A stretch of DNA of 64,000 nt from Candidatus Doudnabacteria bacterium (lineage in GTDB: Bacteria > Patescibacteriota > Doudnabacteria > UBA920): the NCBI GenBank assembly GCA_003151625.1, contig PLYC01000007.1:81181-145180 (forward strand), written 5' to 3'. The position numbers were made by a program, and so were the translations under genes. The notes beneath the pieces were generated by a model that ran no database searches, was not told the DNA's origin, and saw nothing but the letters and a program-made list of their open reading frames with translations. This document shows, piece after piece, positions 18,391 through 26,847 of this stretch (positions are counted from its first letter, which is position 1; each line of letters opens with the position of its first letter).

Positions 18391-19892
18391 AGTTTTTTTA
18401 CTATCCCTTTATTCGCGTCCACTTCCACCAAGTCGCCATCTTTTAAAATTTTAGTGGCGATTTTGGTGCCAATTACGCAGGGGATGCCGAGTTCACGGGA
18501 GACTATGGCGGCGTGGGAGGTTATGCCGCCTTGTTCTGTTACTATTGCTCCTGCCAGCTTCATCGCCGGTACTATATCGGGATCTGTTGCGATTGAAACT
18601 AAAATGTCTCCCTTGTTCATTTTGTGGATGTCCTTGGCGCGCAATATAAGTTTAACAACGCCTTTGGCATATCCCGGCTGGGCGGTTTGGCCTATCAGCT
18701 CTTTTTGGTTTTTATCAAAAATACGGCCTAAATTTTTGGTAAGTTTTTTTAAAGTTGAACCGGTATAAATGGCCTCAAAATCTTTTTCTGTGTAAAGAAC
18801 GCATTCTTTAAACCTATTTTGCAAGTCTTTTTTGCTTAAAATTTTACCTCTCAGCAACGCTTCCTTAACCTCGCCGTAAAGCATAAACTGGACTTGGTAG
18901 CGCGTGCGGTTAAGCCTTTTGGCTATTTCCGGCAATAGGGAAGTGTGCATTGAGTAAAGGCAAAACAGCTGGGCATGGCGGCGCACCAGTTTGGTTAAGG
19001 CAAAACCCTGGGCTGTGGTAAAAAGATTCCGGTATTGTTTGGAAATATTGTATTTTTTGTATATGGCCGCTTGTTTGTTTTTTGCTGATTTTAGTTGAGC
19101 CCTCTCTTTTTTTAATATTCCATTGGCGCTAATGCCGCTTGATGCCAAATCTTGCAGTTCTTTTAGGTAGTGCTCCGGACCAAATGGTTTTACATTCCCC
19201 GCGTAAATATAGCCTAAGTGCCCCCATTTGGCGCTGTGTATTTTTAAAGCCGTCTTAAATTCCTCGTCGGGTTTTTTGAGCGATTTTTTGTATTTATTAT
19301 AGATATTCAAAAAATCCTCCCTCTCCTGGGCGACTATGGTTTTTTGGGAGGGGGTGGTTAAAACAATAAAAGCATTTTCCGCGTCCTGTTTGCTGTCGCA
19401 AACCGAATACAGGTAGCTTTTTAGGTTTTTGGTAAAGTTATTATGGAACATATCTACAGCCACAGGCAGCCAGCCGTAGGTGTAGAGTTTGGTGTGAATT
19501 TTGTCCTGCTCCGCGTAAAGTTCCCAAAGATGCTTATTGGAGTATTTTTGCAATGGCAGTTTGGAAGTTTTTTTAGAAAAATTAATTAGGACGTAAGACC
19601 ATTTTAAAATATTTTCATTTAAATTTTTTCCAAAATTTGGCCTTGTGAGTAAAGCTTTTAGTACGCTCTCGCCGACCAAAAAAGAATCCTTTTCTCCCAA
19701 ATAAAAATCCATATGGAATTTTTTGTAATGGGTGAGGACTTTGCTGTAATTTTTTAGGAATGGGTAGCTGGTGTCGCTGCAAAAAGCCGACATTGGAATT
19801 TGGAAAAAGAACACATCGCTGTCCGGAATTTCCTCGGCCAACAGCCATGGGTCTTTGTCTTGTAAAAATTTTGGGGTGGGAGATTTGGGCAT
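18387..19892 (-). CDS. Paralogous RPH/PEP-synthase-family protein (unknown N-terminal domain plus PEP-utilizer His domain)
   Basis: C-terminus [26 protein letters not shown]...[13 protein letters not shown]. It overlaps the downstream paralog by 4 bp. Confidence 0.7.
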   Translation of the reverse strand: MPKSPTPKFLQDKDPWLLAEEIPDSDVFFFQIPMSAFCSDTSYPFLKNYSKVLTHYKKFHMDFYLGEKDSFLVGESVLKALLTRPNFGKNLNENILKWSYVLINFSKKTSKLPLQKYSNKHLWELYAEQDKIHTKLYTYGWLPVAVDMFHNNFTKNLKSYLYSVCDSKQDAENAFIVLTTPSQKTIVAQEREDFLNIYNKYKKSLKKPDEEFKTALKIHSAKWGHLGYIYAGNVKPFGPEHYLKELQDLASSGISANGILKKERAQLKSAKNKQAAIYKKYNISKQYRNLFTTAQGFALTKLVRRHAQLFCLYSMHTSLLPEIAKRLNRTRYQVQFMLYGEVKEALLRGKILSKKDLQNRFKECVLYTEKDFEAIYTGSTLKKLTKNLGRIFDKNQKELIGQTAQPGYAKGVVKLILRAKDIHKMNKGDILVSIATDPDIVPAMKLAGAIVTEQGGITSHAAIVSRELGIPCVIGTKIATKILKDGDLVEVDANKGIVKKL

Positions 19893-19909
19893 AATTGCAA
19901 CTCCATTCC

Positions 19910-20003
19910 GGCGTCATTCTGAGCGAGTGCATCCGAGCGAAGAATCTCTAACAAGAATGAGATCCTTCACCTTTCGGCTGCACTCAAGGTTCAGGATGAC
20001 GCC
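19910..20003. mobile_element. MITE-like nested palindromic element, family 2 (termini ggcgtcaTtctga ... tcaggatgacgcc)
   Basis: ~94 bp. A second copy lies at 60719-60809, with shared termini and inner gaagaatctcta...atgagatccttc...cggctgcactc blocks. No ORF is present. Confidence 0.65.
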
Positions 20004-20055
20004 GAAGTGAGAATAATACGCTATAAATATAGCAATATTAATGATTTTTCGCATA

Positions 20056-20085
20056 TTGACAGGAGAGGCTAAAATATGATATAAT
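20056..20085 (+). promoter_or_regulatory. Consensus sigma70-type promoter (TTGACA-18-TATAAT) reading into the GC-rich island
   Basis: ttgacaggagaggctaaaatatgatataat. Confidence 0.55.
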
Positions 20086-20315
20086 ATTAGGTTATAGCTT
20101 ATGCTATAAATTGCCCATTTTACAGGTTCAGGGCGATTTTTGGCTAACTATAATTCCCTCCTTCGCTAAAGCTACGGAGGGCAAGTGGGTTTTGAGGCTC
20201 TTTAACAATTTGAGGAAAACTTTATTCTCCTTTTGGGGGTACCGACGGCGATTGATTGCTTATGTAATCTGTTGCCATTGGTACCCCGAATTCTGAATTT
20301 CAATAGGAGAAGTTT

Positions 20316-21002
20316 ATGCGGTCCCCCGAAACGGCAGTTGAGATGCAAGAAAAGAAGTTTGAAATTCCGAGCGGCGTCGAGCGCGCCGTTCTAATGATTC
20401 GCCACTCGGTTGCGCCGAAAACGGGCACCGATGGCAACAAGACGCTGACGCTCGACGGCATGTATTTGTGTGAGGCTGTGCGGGAGTTCTACCAGAGTTT
20501 GGTATGTGATATCAGCGTCAGCCTCAACGTGCCCACGGCCTCGTATCACTGCTCTACGTTCCCCAGGTCCATGATGACGGCGTGGGAAATCTTCCGCGTC
20601 CCGAACATCCAGGCCGAAGAGTCGCTCAAGGTCTGGGTCTCGTTGATGTCTATCGACGGAGGCGCGTGGGCCAAGGCGCAGATGGCTGCGGGCAAGAACG
20701 AGCCGACGATGATCCGAGAGTTCCTCGGTGACCAGGGCGTGAGTTTGTGGACTGCCGACTTCGACGACTACCAACGCAACTACACCGAGTTCATTCTCGG
20801 CAACGTCGGTAGCGAAGAAGCTCGCAGAGCCAAGTTCGTGGTTGCGACGTGCCACGAGGCAGGCATTTCGCTGGCGGCCGCTGGTTGTCTGCTTGAGAAT
20901 GAGCTCGGCCTTAATAATTGCGAGGCGGTCCTCTTTTACGTCAGCGGCGGTTACGTCGTCGGTGCCGAGAAGATCGTGCCGGGAAAGGCCTCGGCTCGGT
21001 AA
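20316..21002 (+). CDS. Hypothetical protein in GC-rich island; possible histidine-phosphatase-superfamily member (RHS motif)
   Basis: Local GC ~57% against a ~43% background. AGGAGA ribosome-binding site. N-terminal ...VLMIRHSVAP... loosely resembles the RHG catalytic motif of the PGAM-like fold. The antisense 209-aa ORF is R-rich and is probably a shadow of this gene. Confidence 0.45.
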   Translation: MRSPETAVEMQEKKFEIPSGVERAVLMIRHSVAPKTGTDGNKTLTLDGMYLCEAVREFYQSLVCDISVSLNVPTASYHCSTFPRSMMTAWEIFRVPNIQAEESLKVWVSLMSIDGGAWAKAQMAAGKNEPTMIREFLGDQGVSLWTADFDDYQRNYTEFILGNVGSEEARRAKFVVATCHEAGISLAAAGCLLENELGLNNCEAVLFYVSGGYVVGAEKIVPGKASAR

Positions 21003-21210
21003 CACTACCAAGCGGCACAAGCCGTGTAGTACCCCCTCAGTTTTTCCTCAGCAAAAATCTTCAGATCCATCCCACAGGCGGGCGGCGGAGGTTTCAAGGT
21101 ACACAAAAACCCTTGAACCCTTCCCGCCCGCTTTTTTCATGGACTTTAATTAAAAGATAATATTTTTTTGCCTCTCGGCTACAGCCCGCTACGCGAGCTT
21201 CGCTCGGGAC

Positions 21211-21241
21211 AAAAAAATCTGAACAAATGTTCAGATTTTTT
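21211..21241. terminator. Bidirectional intrinsic terminator beside the tRNA-Ser 3' end
   Basis: aaaaaaatctgaac-aaat-gttcagattttttt. Confidence 0.7.
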
Positions 21242-21333
21242 TGGCGGAGAGGGGGGGATTCGAACCCCCGAAAGGATTTGACTCCTTTACCGGTTTAGCA
21301 AACCAGCGCACTAGGCCTCTATGCGACCTCTCC
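21242..21333 (-). tRNA. tRNA-Ser (anticodon GCT)
   Basis: Acceptor GGAGAGG/CCTCTCC, anticodon stem-loop CTGGT-TTGCTAA-ACCGG, a long variable arm, T-loop GGGTTCGAATCCC, and an encoded CCA. Confidence 0.85.
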
Positions 21334-21459
21334 AGAAATATATTTAAGTTGTGAGATTTAAGATTTGTAATCCACAAATCCATAATATTTTATCAGAATT
21401 ATAAGTTTCTGACAACAGGGCGGATTTGCCAATTAATTAAGCTTTGCTAAACTTTAGGT

Positions 21460-22233
21460 ATGTGGAATGAACACAATTACAATCTAGAAGAAATAAAAGT
21501 TGTGCGGGAGTTTGAATATTTGTATTTTATGTACAATCCCGGCTTTCGGGCTATGTGGCACAATAATTTTGAAGAGTATTTTAAAGGTACACAGGACGAA
21601 AAGTATTGGGAAAAGCGGGAAGAGGAGAGGGAAAAGGAAATTAGGGCGGATGTTGAATATAATATGAGAACCGATCCCGAGTATGCCAGTTGGCGGGCGG
21701 AGTTGGCGATTATTGAGGAAACGTTGTTAGGCGATCCAAATGAGTCCTATATTGCGCAGTCGCGTTGGTTTGAGCGCGAACAGATGATGAAAGAAGCGGA
21801 AAAGGCAGATTGGGAGTATCGTAGTAAACTGGAAAATGATCGTCTTTATAAAATGGCCAAAGATTGGAGTATGTCTTTGCTTAAGGTCGCCGGACCCGCT
21901 TATGAAAAAAATAAGGATATTAACTGGTTTAGGGTTTTAACTAATTGTTTATCGGTTTCCGGAAAAATTGTTTTTGCATCCCGCGAGTTTGGCGATGACG
22001 AGGAAGACGAACTTTACAGTACGCCGGATGATTTTTTGTGGCGGACAGACAGGATTGGTTACATTTTGTCGCTTGCTTCCTTGCAGCGATGTTTGGAATC
22101 GTTCCGAACACTTAAGGAAAAGGATCCAGGCTTGAAGGTTGATAAGTTTATTACCGACAGTTTAACAATGCAAGCCGAATTAATAGACCGTTTAGAAGAA
22201 ATCCAACAAAAATTTTTAAAAAAATATAATTAA
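21460..22233 (+). CDS. Hypothetical cytosolic protein (W/E/R-rich)
   Basis: 257-aa ORF with no recognisable motif. Confidence 0.4.
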   Translation: MWNEHNYNLEEIKVVREFEYLYFMYNPGFRAMWHNNFEEYFKGTQDEKYWEKREEEREKEIRADVEYNMRTDPEYASWRAELAIIEETLLGDPNESYIAQSRWFEREQMMKEAEKADWEYRSKLENDRLYKMAKDWSMSLLKVAGPAYEKNKDINWFRVLTNCLSVSGKIVFASREFGDDEEDELYSTPDDFLWRTDRIGYILSLASLQRCLESFRTLKEKDPGLKVDKFITDSLTMQAELIDRLEEIQQKFLKKYN

Positions 22234-22240
22234 TATATCT

Positions 22241-22266
22241 GTGTCCAATTCTATAGAATTGGACAC
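22241..22266. promoter_or_regulatory. 26-bp perfect palindrome gtgtccaattctatagaattggacac (candidate ArsR-family operator) overlapping the annotated GTG start
   Basis: A perfect dyad immediately upstream of the likely ATG (22277) of the ArsR-family gene. A near-identical dyad lies at 22573-22594. Confidence 0.6.
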
Positions 22267-22276
22267 AAAAAACAAA

Positions 22277-22555
22277 ATGAATAATAAAAATATCCACAAA
22301 TGGTCAAGGATTTTTAGAGGACTGGCTAACCCTCACCGTTTGGAAATGATAAAGCTTTTAAAGAAGAATGGTAAAACCGCGGTTTCGGTTTTGGCCAAAG
22401 AAGTGGGAATTTCCGTAAAAAACACCCCCCGGAATTTAAGAATATTACACGACTTGGAAATATTGGAGTCTTTGGGAAAATCGGACCATATTTTTTATAG
22501 TATTTATACCGGCCTGGATAAAGAAGTGAATTTGATTATAAAAATGTTTGCTTGA
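22277..22555 (+). CDS. ArsR/SmtB-family winged-helix transcriptional regulator
   Basis: LANPHRLEMIKLL matches the ArsR hallmark (LADPTRLxIL) followed by an HTH. The start is more likely ATG 22277 than the GTG at 22241 inside the operator. Confidence 0.7.
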   Translation: MNNKNIHKWSRIFRGLANPHRLEMIKLLKKNGKTAVSVLAKEVGISVKNTPRNLRILHDLEILESLGKSDHIFYSIYTGLDKEVNLIIKMFA

Positions 22556-22572
22556 ATGCTTTAGGCTTTGGT

Positions 22573-22594
22573 ATCCAATTCTATAGAATTGGAT
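22573..22594. promoter_or_regulatory. Second copy of the tccaattctatagaattgga dyad (22-bp perfect palindrome) between convergent arsR-like and comF genes
   Basis: atccaattctatagaattggat. Confidence 0.55.
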
Positions 22595-22605
22595 GCAAGA
22601 GAGTC

Positions 22606-23343
22606 CTAGTCTCTGGCAACGGTAAGGCAGATGACTTTTGCCGCGCCGTTTCTTTTTAATACTTTGGCTGCTTCGGCCAGGGTGGCGCCGGTGGTGGTGA
22701 CGTCATCGACCAGAATGAAGGGGTGATTTAAGACTTCAGATTTATGATTTAAGGCCCAGGGGGACAGCGCGAAGGCTCCGTCTACGTTTTTGAGACGGGC
22801 GTCTTTTTTTAGGTCTTTTTGGGTTTTGGTTATTTTTTTTCTTTGTAAAACATCGGCAACAGGTAAATTTAGCTGTTCCGACAATGAACGACATAAAACC
22901 TCGGCTTGGTTAAAGCCGCGCCAGCGTTTACGGGTACTGTGCAAAGGGACAGGGATCAACGAGATATTGGATATTAGGATATTAGGATATTGGGTTTTGA
23001 GTTGCCCGGCTAAAAGTTTTCCGAGTTCCTCATAAATCCCGGGGAGGAAATTATATTTGCCTTTTATTAATATGTCCGCGACTTTTTGGTCGTGGTAGTT
23101 TAAAAACGATATTAAACCGTCCGCGCCGTGCGGAGTTTGGCAGTGGGGATGGGTAAGGCCAAACGGGGTATTTTTTTGGCAGACAATACAGCGCTGGTGT
23201 TCAAGCTTCCCTATTGTAGACTTACAATCCGCACAAATCCACGTTCCTTCCTCTCCGCAGGCCAGGCAGGAAATAGGGAAGAGGGTGTCAAGGACGAAAG
23301 TTTTAACATCAAGGTATAAAGGTTTTATAAAAGTTTGGTACAT
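22606..23343 (-). CDS. comFC: ComF-family protein (phosphoribosyltransferase-like competence protein ComFC) with N-terminal zinc finger
   Basis: CLACGEEGTWICADC...C-x2-C zinc finger. C-terminal PRTase motif ILVDDVTTTGATL. It contains an in-frame aatatcctaatatc tandem at 22961-22992. Confidence 0.75.
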   Translation of the reverse strand: MYQTFIKPLYLDVKTFVLDTLFPISCLACGEEGTWICADCKSTIGKLEHQRCIVCQKNTPFGLTHPHCQTPHGADGLISFLNYHDQKVADILIKGKYNFLPGIYEELGKLLAGQLKTQYPNILISNISLIPVPLHSTRKRWRGFNQAEVLCRSLSEQLNLPVADVLQRKKITKTQKDLKKDARLKNVDGAFALSPWALNHKSEVLNHPFILVDDVTTTGATLAEAAKVLKRNGAAKVICLTVARD

Positions 23344-23411
23344 TAAAATGAATTATGAAGTAGGAATTATGAATTATGATAAGTAGTTTAATTCTAGCAA
23401 ATTTTTTGAGC

Positions 23412-23452
23412 AAAAGAAAAACCCGCTCCCACCTTAAGGTGGGAGCGGGCTT
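23412..23452 (-). terminator. Intrinsic terminator downstream of the Clp ATPase gene
   Basis: cccgctcccacc-ttaa-ggtgggagcggg followed by a T-run on the minus strand. Confidence 0.75.
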
Positions 23453-23466
23453 GAAAGTTCTGGTGA

Positions 23467-26058
23467 TTACGCGACCGGTACTGCGACTTTTTCCAGCCTT
23501 TGCAGACTAAATACAATCTTATCACCCTTAACATCAGCGCTAATTTTGGATCCGTCCGGGGAGCGGCCGGAGATAATTTTTTCGGCCAGCGGGTCTTCTA
23601 TATAGGTTTGAATGTTTTTGCGAATGAAGCGCGCGCCTTGCGCCGGGTCAAAGCTCTTGTCGGTTATAAATTTAATGACTGCCGGGGAAATTTTCATCTG
23701 CACGTTCTGTTCCAGCAGGCGAGCCTGAAGTTGGGCAATTTGCAGTTGGGTAATTTTTTTAAGCTCTTCAAAGCCCAAGGGACGAAAAATAATAATTTTG
23801 TCTATGCGATTTAGAAATTCCGGTCGGAATTCCTTTTTTAACTCTTCATTAATACTTTCTTTAATATTTTCGTATTCTTTTTCCAGTTTGGCCTTTTGGT
23901 CCGCCACGGCTCGACTGTCGTGTCGAGACGGGTCAATTTTTTCGCTCTTGTCGGCAAATCCAATCTTCGCGGCCTGGTTGGTAAGTTCCTTCATACCAAG
24001 GTTGGAGGTCATAATTATTACCGTGTTGCGGAAAGACACTTTTTTTCCTTCGGCATCGGTTAACTGCCCGTCTTCCAAAATTTGCAGGAAAATGTTAAAT
24101 ACGTCGGGATTGGCTTTTTCTATTTCGTCGAACAAGACTACAGAATAAGGTTTTCTGCGCACGGCCTCGGTCAGCCTGCCGCCTTCGCCGTAGCCAACGT
24201 ATCCGGCCGGAGCGCCAATAAGCCGCGAAACATTGTGTCGTTCCATAAACTCGCTCATATCTACCCGGATAAGCGCGTCCTCGTCTTCAAAAATTTCTGA
24301 CGCCAAAACTTTGGCGGTTTCAGTTTTGCCCACGCCGGTGGGTCCTAAAAATATAAAAGAGCCAAGCGGCCGTTTGGGGTCGGTAATTCCGGCTCTGGAA
24401 CGGCGTACGGCTTTGGATATTTCCTCAACGGCCTCGTTCTGCCCAATAACTTTGGCCTTTAGGATTTTTTCCAAATTAGCCAGTTTGCCAATTTCCGTTT
24501 TGGCCAGGCGGGCCAGGGGGATTTTGGTCATCATGGAAACCGTATGGGCAATGTCCTCCGAAACAATTACGTGTGTCGGGGTTTTTTCTTCCGCGGCCAA
24601 ACCTTTGGCCAGCTGTTCTTTTTGCTTAAGCAGTTTTTCTTCCAGGGTTCTTAAATGCAGGGCGGTGGTAAAATCCTGTCCTAAAACCGCTTTGGTTTTT
24701 TCTTCTTCAAGCGCTGCTAAATCGGCCTCTATTTTTTTTGCAGCTCTAAGCAATTTGCTGTTGGAATTTATGGAGCGCAAAAAGGCCGCGGTTTCATCAA
24801 TCAAGTCCACTGCTTTGTCGGGCAAATAACGGTCTTGGATATAGCGCGATGAAAGTTCTACCGCCGACTTAATGGCTTCATCGGTAATGGTTACGTTATG
24901 ATGCTTTTCGTAATTTTGCCTTAGCCCCTGTAAAATGGCCACGGTTTCTTCTTTGCTGGGCTCGTCCACTATTATGGGCTGGAATCTTCTTTCCAGTGCC
25001 GCGTCTTTCTCTATGTGTTCTTTATATTCCTTTAAAGTGGTGGCGCCAATAGCTTTTAGTTCGCCTCGAGCCAGTGCGGGCTTTAAAATGTTGGCCGCGT
25101 CCAAACTGCCCGTGGTGGCGCCGGCTCCCACCATAGTGTGTAGCTCATCTATAAATAAAATGACGTTTTTGTCGTTTTTAACTTCTTCTATAATTTGTTT
25201 TAGGCGGTTTTCAAATTCTCCGCGGAACATACTTCCGGCAACAATTAAAGCCAAATCCAGCGCCAGGATTTTTTTGTCGAGTAGGGAGTCGGGGACTTCG
25301 CGTTTGGTAATGGCCAAAGCCAAGCCTTCCACAATGGCGGTTTTTCCCACGCCGGCTTCGCCAATTAAGATGGGATTATTTTTGGTTCGGCGATTCAAAA
25401 TGGAAACCAGGCGTTCGATTTCACTTTTTCTGCCAATGACCGGGTCAACCAAACCGCTCAAAGCTTTTTTGGTTAAGTCCGTGGTAAAAAATTCCAAGAG
25501 GCCGCCTTTTTTGGCTTCCGCCATTTTAGGAGGCATCATTGGCCCCGGACCTTCGAAAGGAGCGCTGGGATGACCTTCGTTGCCAACGGGCATTTCCGGA
25601 AACTTGGAAATGTTATCAAAAACATTTGTTAGGTTTTGTTCCAGTTCTAAGATATCTATTCCTAATTTGGACAAAATAACTTTGGCTTTGTTTTGCGGTA
25701 CGGTCAGCAAACCAAATAAAAAATGTTCGGTGCCAATAAATTGGTAGCCGTATTGGCTGGCCACAATGGCCGATTTTTCTATAACTGATTTTAGATTTTC
25801 CGAAAGTACGGGCTTCCAGGAGCTTACAATGTTGTTACTGTTCACAAAGATTAATTCCTGTTTTACTATTTCCGGCGTAAGCTTGGTCTTGGTTAAAATT
25901 TCCGCGGCAAAAGAGCTCTTTTCGGAAATTACGCCGTATAAAAGGTGCTCGGTGCCAATGTGGTCGTGCTTTAGTTCTTCGCTGGCCAATTGCGCCATAA
26001 TAAGGGCGTTTTTCGCCCTTGAAGATAGTCGTTCAAGTATGTAGGTAAAATTTGTCAT
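23467..26058 (-). CDS. ClpB/ClpC-family AAA+ chaperone (two Clp_N repeats, two AAA+ modules)
   Basis: 863 aa. Walker A GEAGVGKT (NBD1) and GPTGVGKT (NBD2), with a middle coiled-coil domain. Confidence 0.9.
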   Translation of the reverse strand: MTNFTYILERLSSRAKNALIMAQLASEELKHDHIGTEHLLYGVISEKSSFAAEILTKTKLTPEIVKQELIFVNSNNIVSSWKPVLSENLKSVIEKSAIVASQYGYQFIGTEHFLFGLLTVPQNKAKVILSKLGIDILELEQNLTNVFDNISKFPEMPVGNEGHPSAPFEGPGPMMPPKMAEAKKGGLLEFFTTDLTKKALSGLVDPVIGRKSEIERLVSILNRRTKNNPILIGEAGVGKTAIVEGLALAITKREVPDSLLDKKILALDLALIVAGSMFRGEFENRLKQIIEEVKNDKNVILFIDELHTMVGAGATTGSLDAANILKPALARGELKAIGATTLKEYKEHIEKDAALERRFQPIIVDEPSKEETVAILQGLRQNYEKHHNVTITDEAIKSAVELSSRYIQDRYLPDKAVDLIDETAAFLRSINSNSKLLRAAKKIEADLAALEEEKTKAVLGQDFTTALHLRTLEEKLLKQKEQLAKGLAAEEKTPTHVIVSEDIAHTVSMMTKIPLARLAKTEIGKLANLEKILKAKVIGQNEAVEEISKAVRRSRAGITDPKRPLGSFIFLGPTGVGKTETAKVLASEIFEDEDALIRVDMSEFMERHNVSRLIGAPAGYVGYGEGGRLTEAVRRKPYSVVLFDEIEKANPDVFNIFLQILEDGQLTDAEGKKVSFRNTVIIMTSNLGMKELTNQAAKIGFADKSEKIDPSRHDSRAVADQKAKLEKEYENIKESINEELKKEFRPEFLNRIDKIIIFRPLGFEELKKITQLQIAQLQARLLEQNVQMKISPAVIKFITDKSFDPAQGARFIRKNIQTYIEDPLAEKIISGRSPDGSKISADVKGDKIVFSLQRLEKVAVPVA

Positions 26059-26145
26059 AGATAGTTGTAAGTTGTATGTTTAAAGTTGTAAGTAAAGCCT
26101 ATCTGCTATACTTAAATTATGTCATACATTAAGATTATAGCAAAA

Positions 26146-26172
26146 TTATCACTCATGTCAATAGAGTGATAA
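26146..26172. promoter_or_regulatory. CIRCE-like inverted repeat TTATCACTC-N9-GAGTGATAA (candidate HrcA operator) upstream of the Clp ATPase gene
   Basis: Same 9-9-9 architecture as CIRCE (TTAGCACTC-N9-GAGTGCTAA), with two symmetric substitutions per arm. Confidence 0.55.
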
Positions 26173-26223
26173 GACGCGGAATTAACGCTGAACTACTGCA
26201 GTTGCTGAAAGGGACGCTGAAAC

Positions 26224-26261
26224 ACAAACTCAGCGACCTAATCAGTGTACATATCAGCGAC
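26224..26261. repeat. Family 3 repeat (inverted orientation): cagcgacctaatcagtgtacatatcagcga
   Basis: Reverse complement of the 26807-26847 copy. Together they bracket recX. Confidence 0.65.
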
Positions 26262-26802
26262 CTATCGGCGGAATATGTATAAACAAAGAAGCAAAACTAA
26301 AGAGCCACAAAACGAACTAAAAGCATACGAGTATGCCGTGTTTTTGCTTTCACTGCAGTTGCGTACGGTCGGCGAAGTAAAAGAGAAAATGGAAAAGCGC
26401 GGGTATGCTTCGAATATTATCGCGCATACGATAACCCAACTGACTGACCAGAAATATTTGAACGACGAACGGTACGCCGAAGTTTATTTGAACAATTTAA
26501 AACAATACAAGCATTTGGGCTACTATGGCATAAAAAGAAAGTTTATGGCCAAGAAATTACCGTCGGAAATAATCGAAAAGGTTTTAAGCGAAGGATTGCC
26601 GCTCGAAGACGAACTAAAAATTGCCAAGAGGCTTTTAAAAAAAGAAGGCGTTGTGGCAAAGGAGTCAGACGATGATTCCGTGGTATCGGATAATTCTTAC
26701 AGAACTTATAACAGCGAACAATCCAAAGACAAACAAAAACTCTCCGCCAAACTAAAAAGCCGCGGTTTCCGCGGCGAGATCATTGCACAGTTATTACGCT
26801 GA
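26245..26802 (+). CDS. recX: RecX-family regulatory protein
   Basis: Three-helix repeat pattern ...AYEYAVFLLSLQLRTVGEVKEKMEKRGY...IIAHTITQLTDQKYLNDERYAEVYLNN... Confidence 0.7.
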   Translation: MYISATYRRNMYKQRSKTKEPQNELKAYEYAVFLLSLQLRTVGEVKEKMEKRGYASNIIAHTITQLTDQKYLNDERYAEVYLNNLKQYKHLGYYGIKRKFMAKKLPSEIIEKVLSEGLPLEDELKIAKRLLKKEGVVAKESDDDSVVSDNSYRTYNSEQSKDKQKLSAKLKSRGFRGEIIAQLLR

Positions 26803-26806
26803 ATAA

Positions 26807-26847
26807 TCGCTGATATGTACGCCGATTAGGTCGCTGAATCTTCAGTT
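26807..26847. repeat. Family 3 repeat: tcgctgatatgtacgccgattaggtcgctgaatcttcagtt
   Basis: A near-identical copy lies at 52996-53036. Inverted copies lie at 26224-26261 and ~27262-27296. Confidence 0.7.

Noticed and set aside
20391-21020. 209-aa minus-strand ORF antisense to the island gene
   Set aside because: It is Arg-rich and low-complexity with no ribosome-binding site. It lies within a GC-rich segment where long antisense ORFs arise by chance. The plus-strand ORF has an RBS and a plausible motif.
22961-22992. CRISPR array or other interspaced repeat
   Set aside because: It has only three tandem 8-bp units with no spacers and lies inside the comF coding sequence. No CRISPR-like repeat-spacer architecture exists anywhere in the window.
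23500-25573. Plus-strand ORFs (104-212 aa) inside the Clp ATPase gene
   Set aside because: They are antisense to a highly conserved AAA+ gene and are compositional artefacts.
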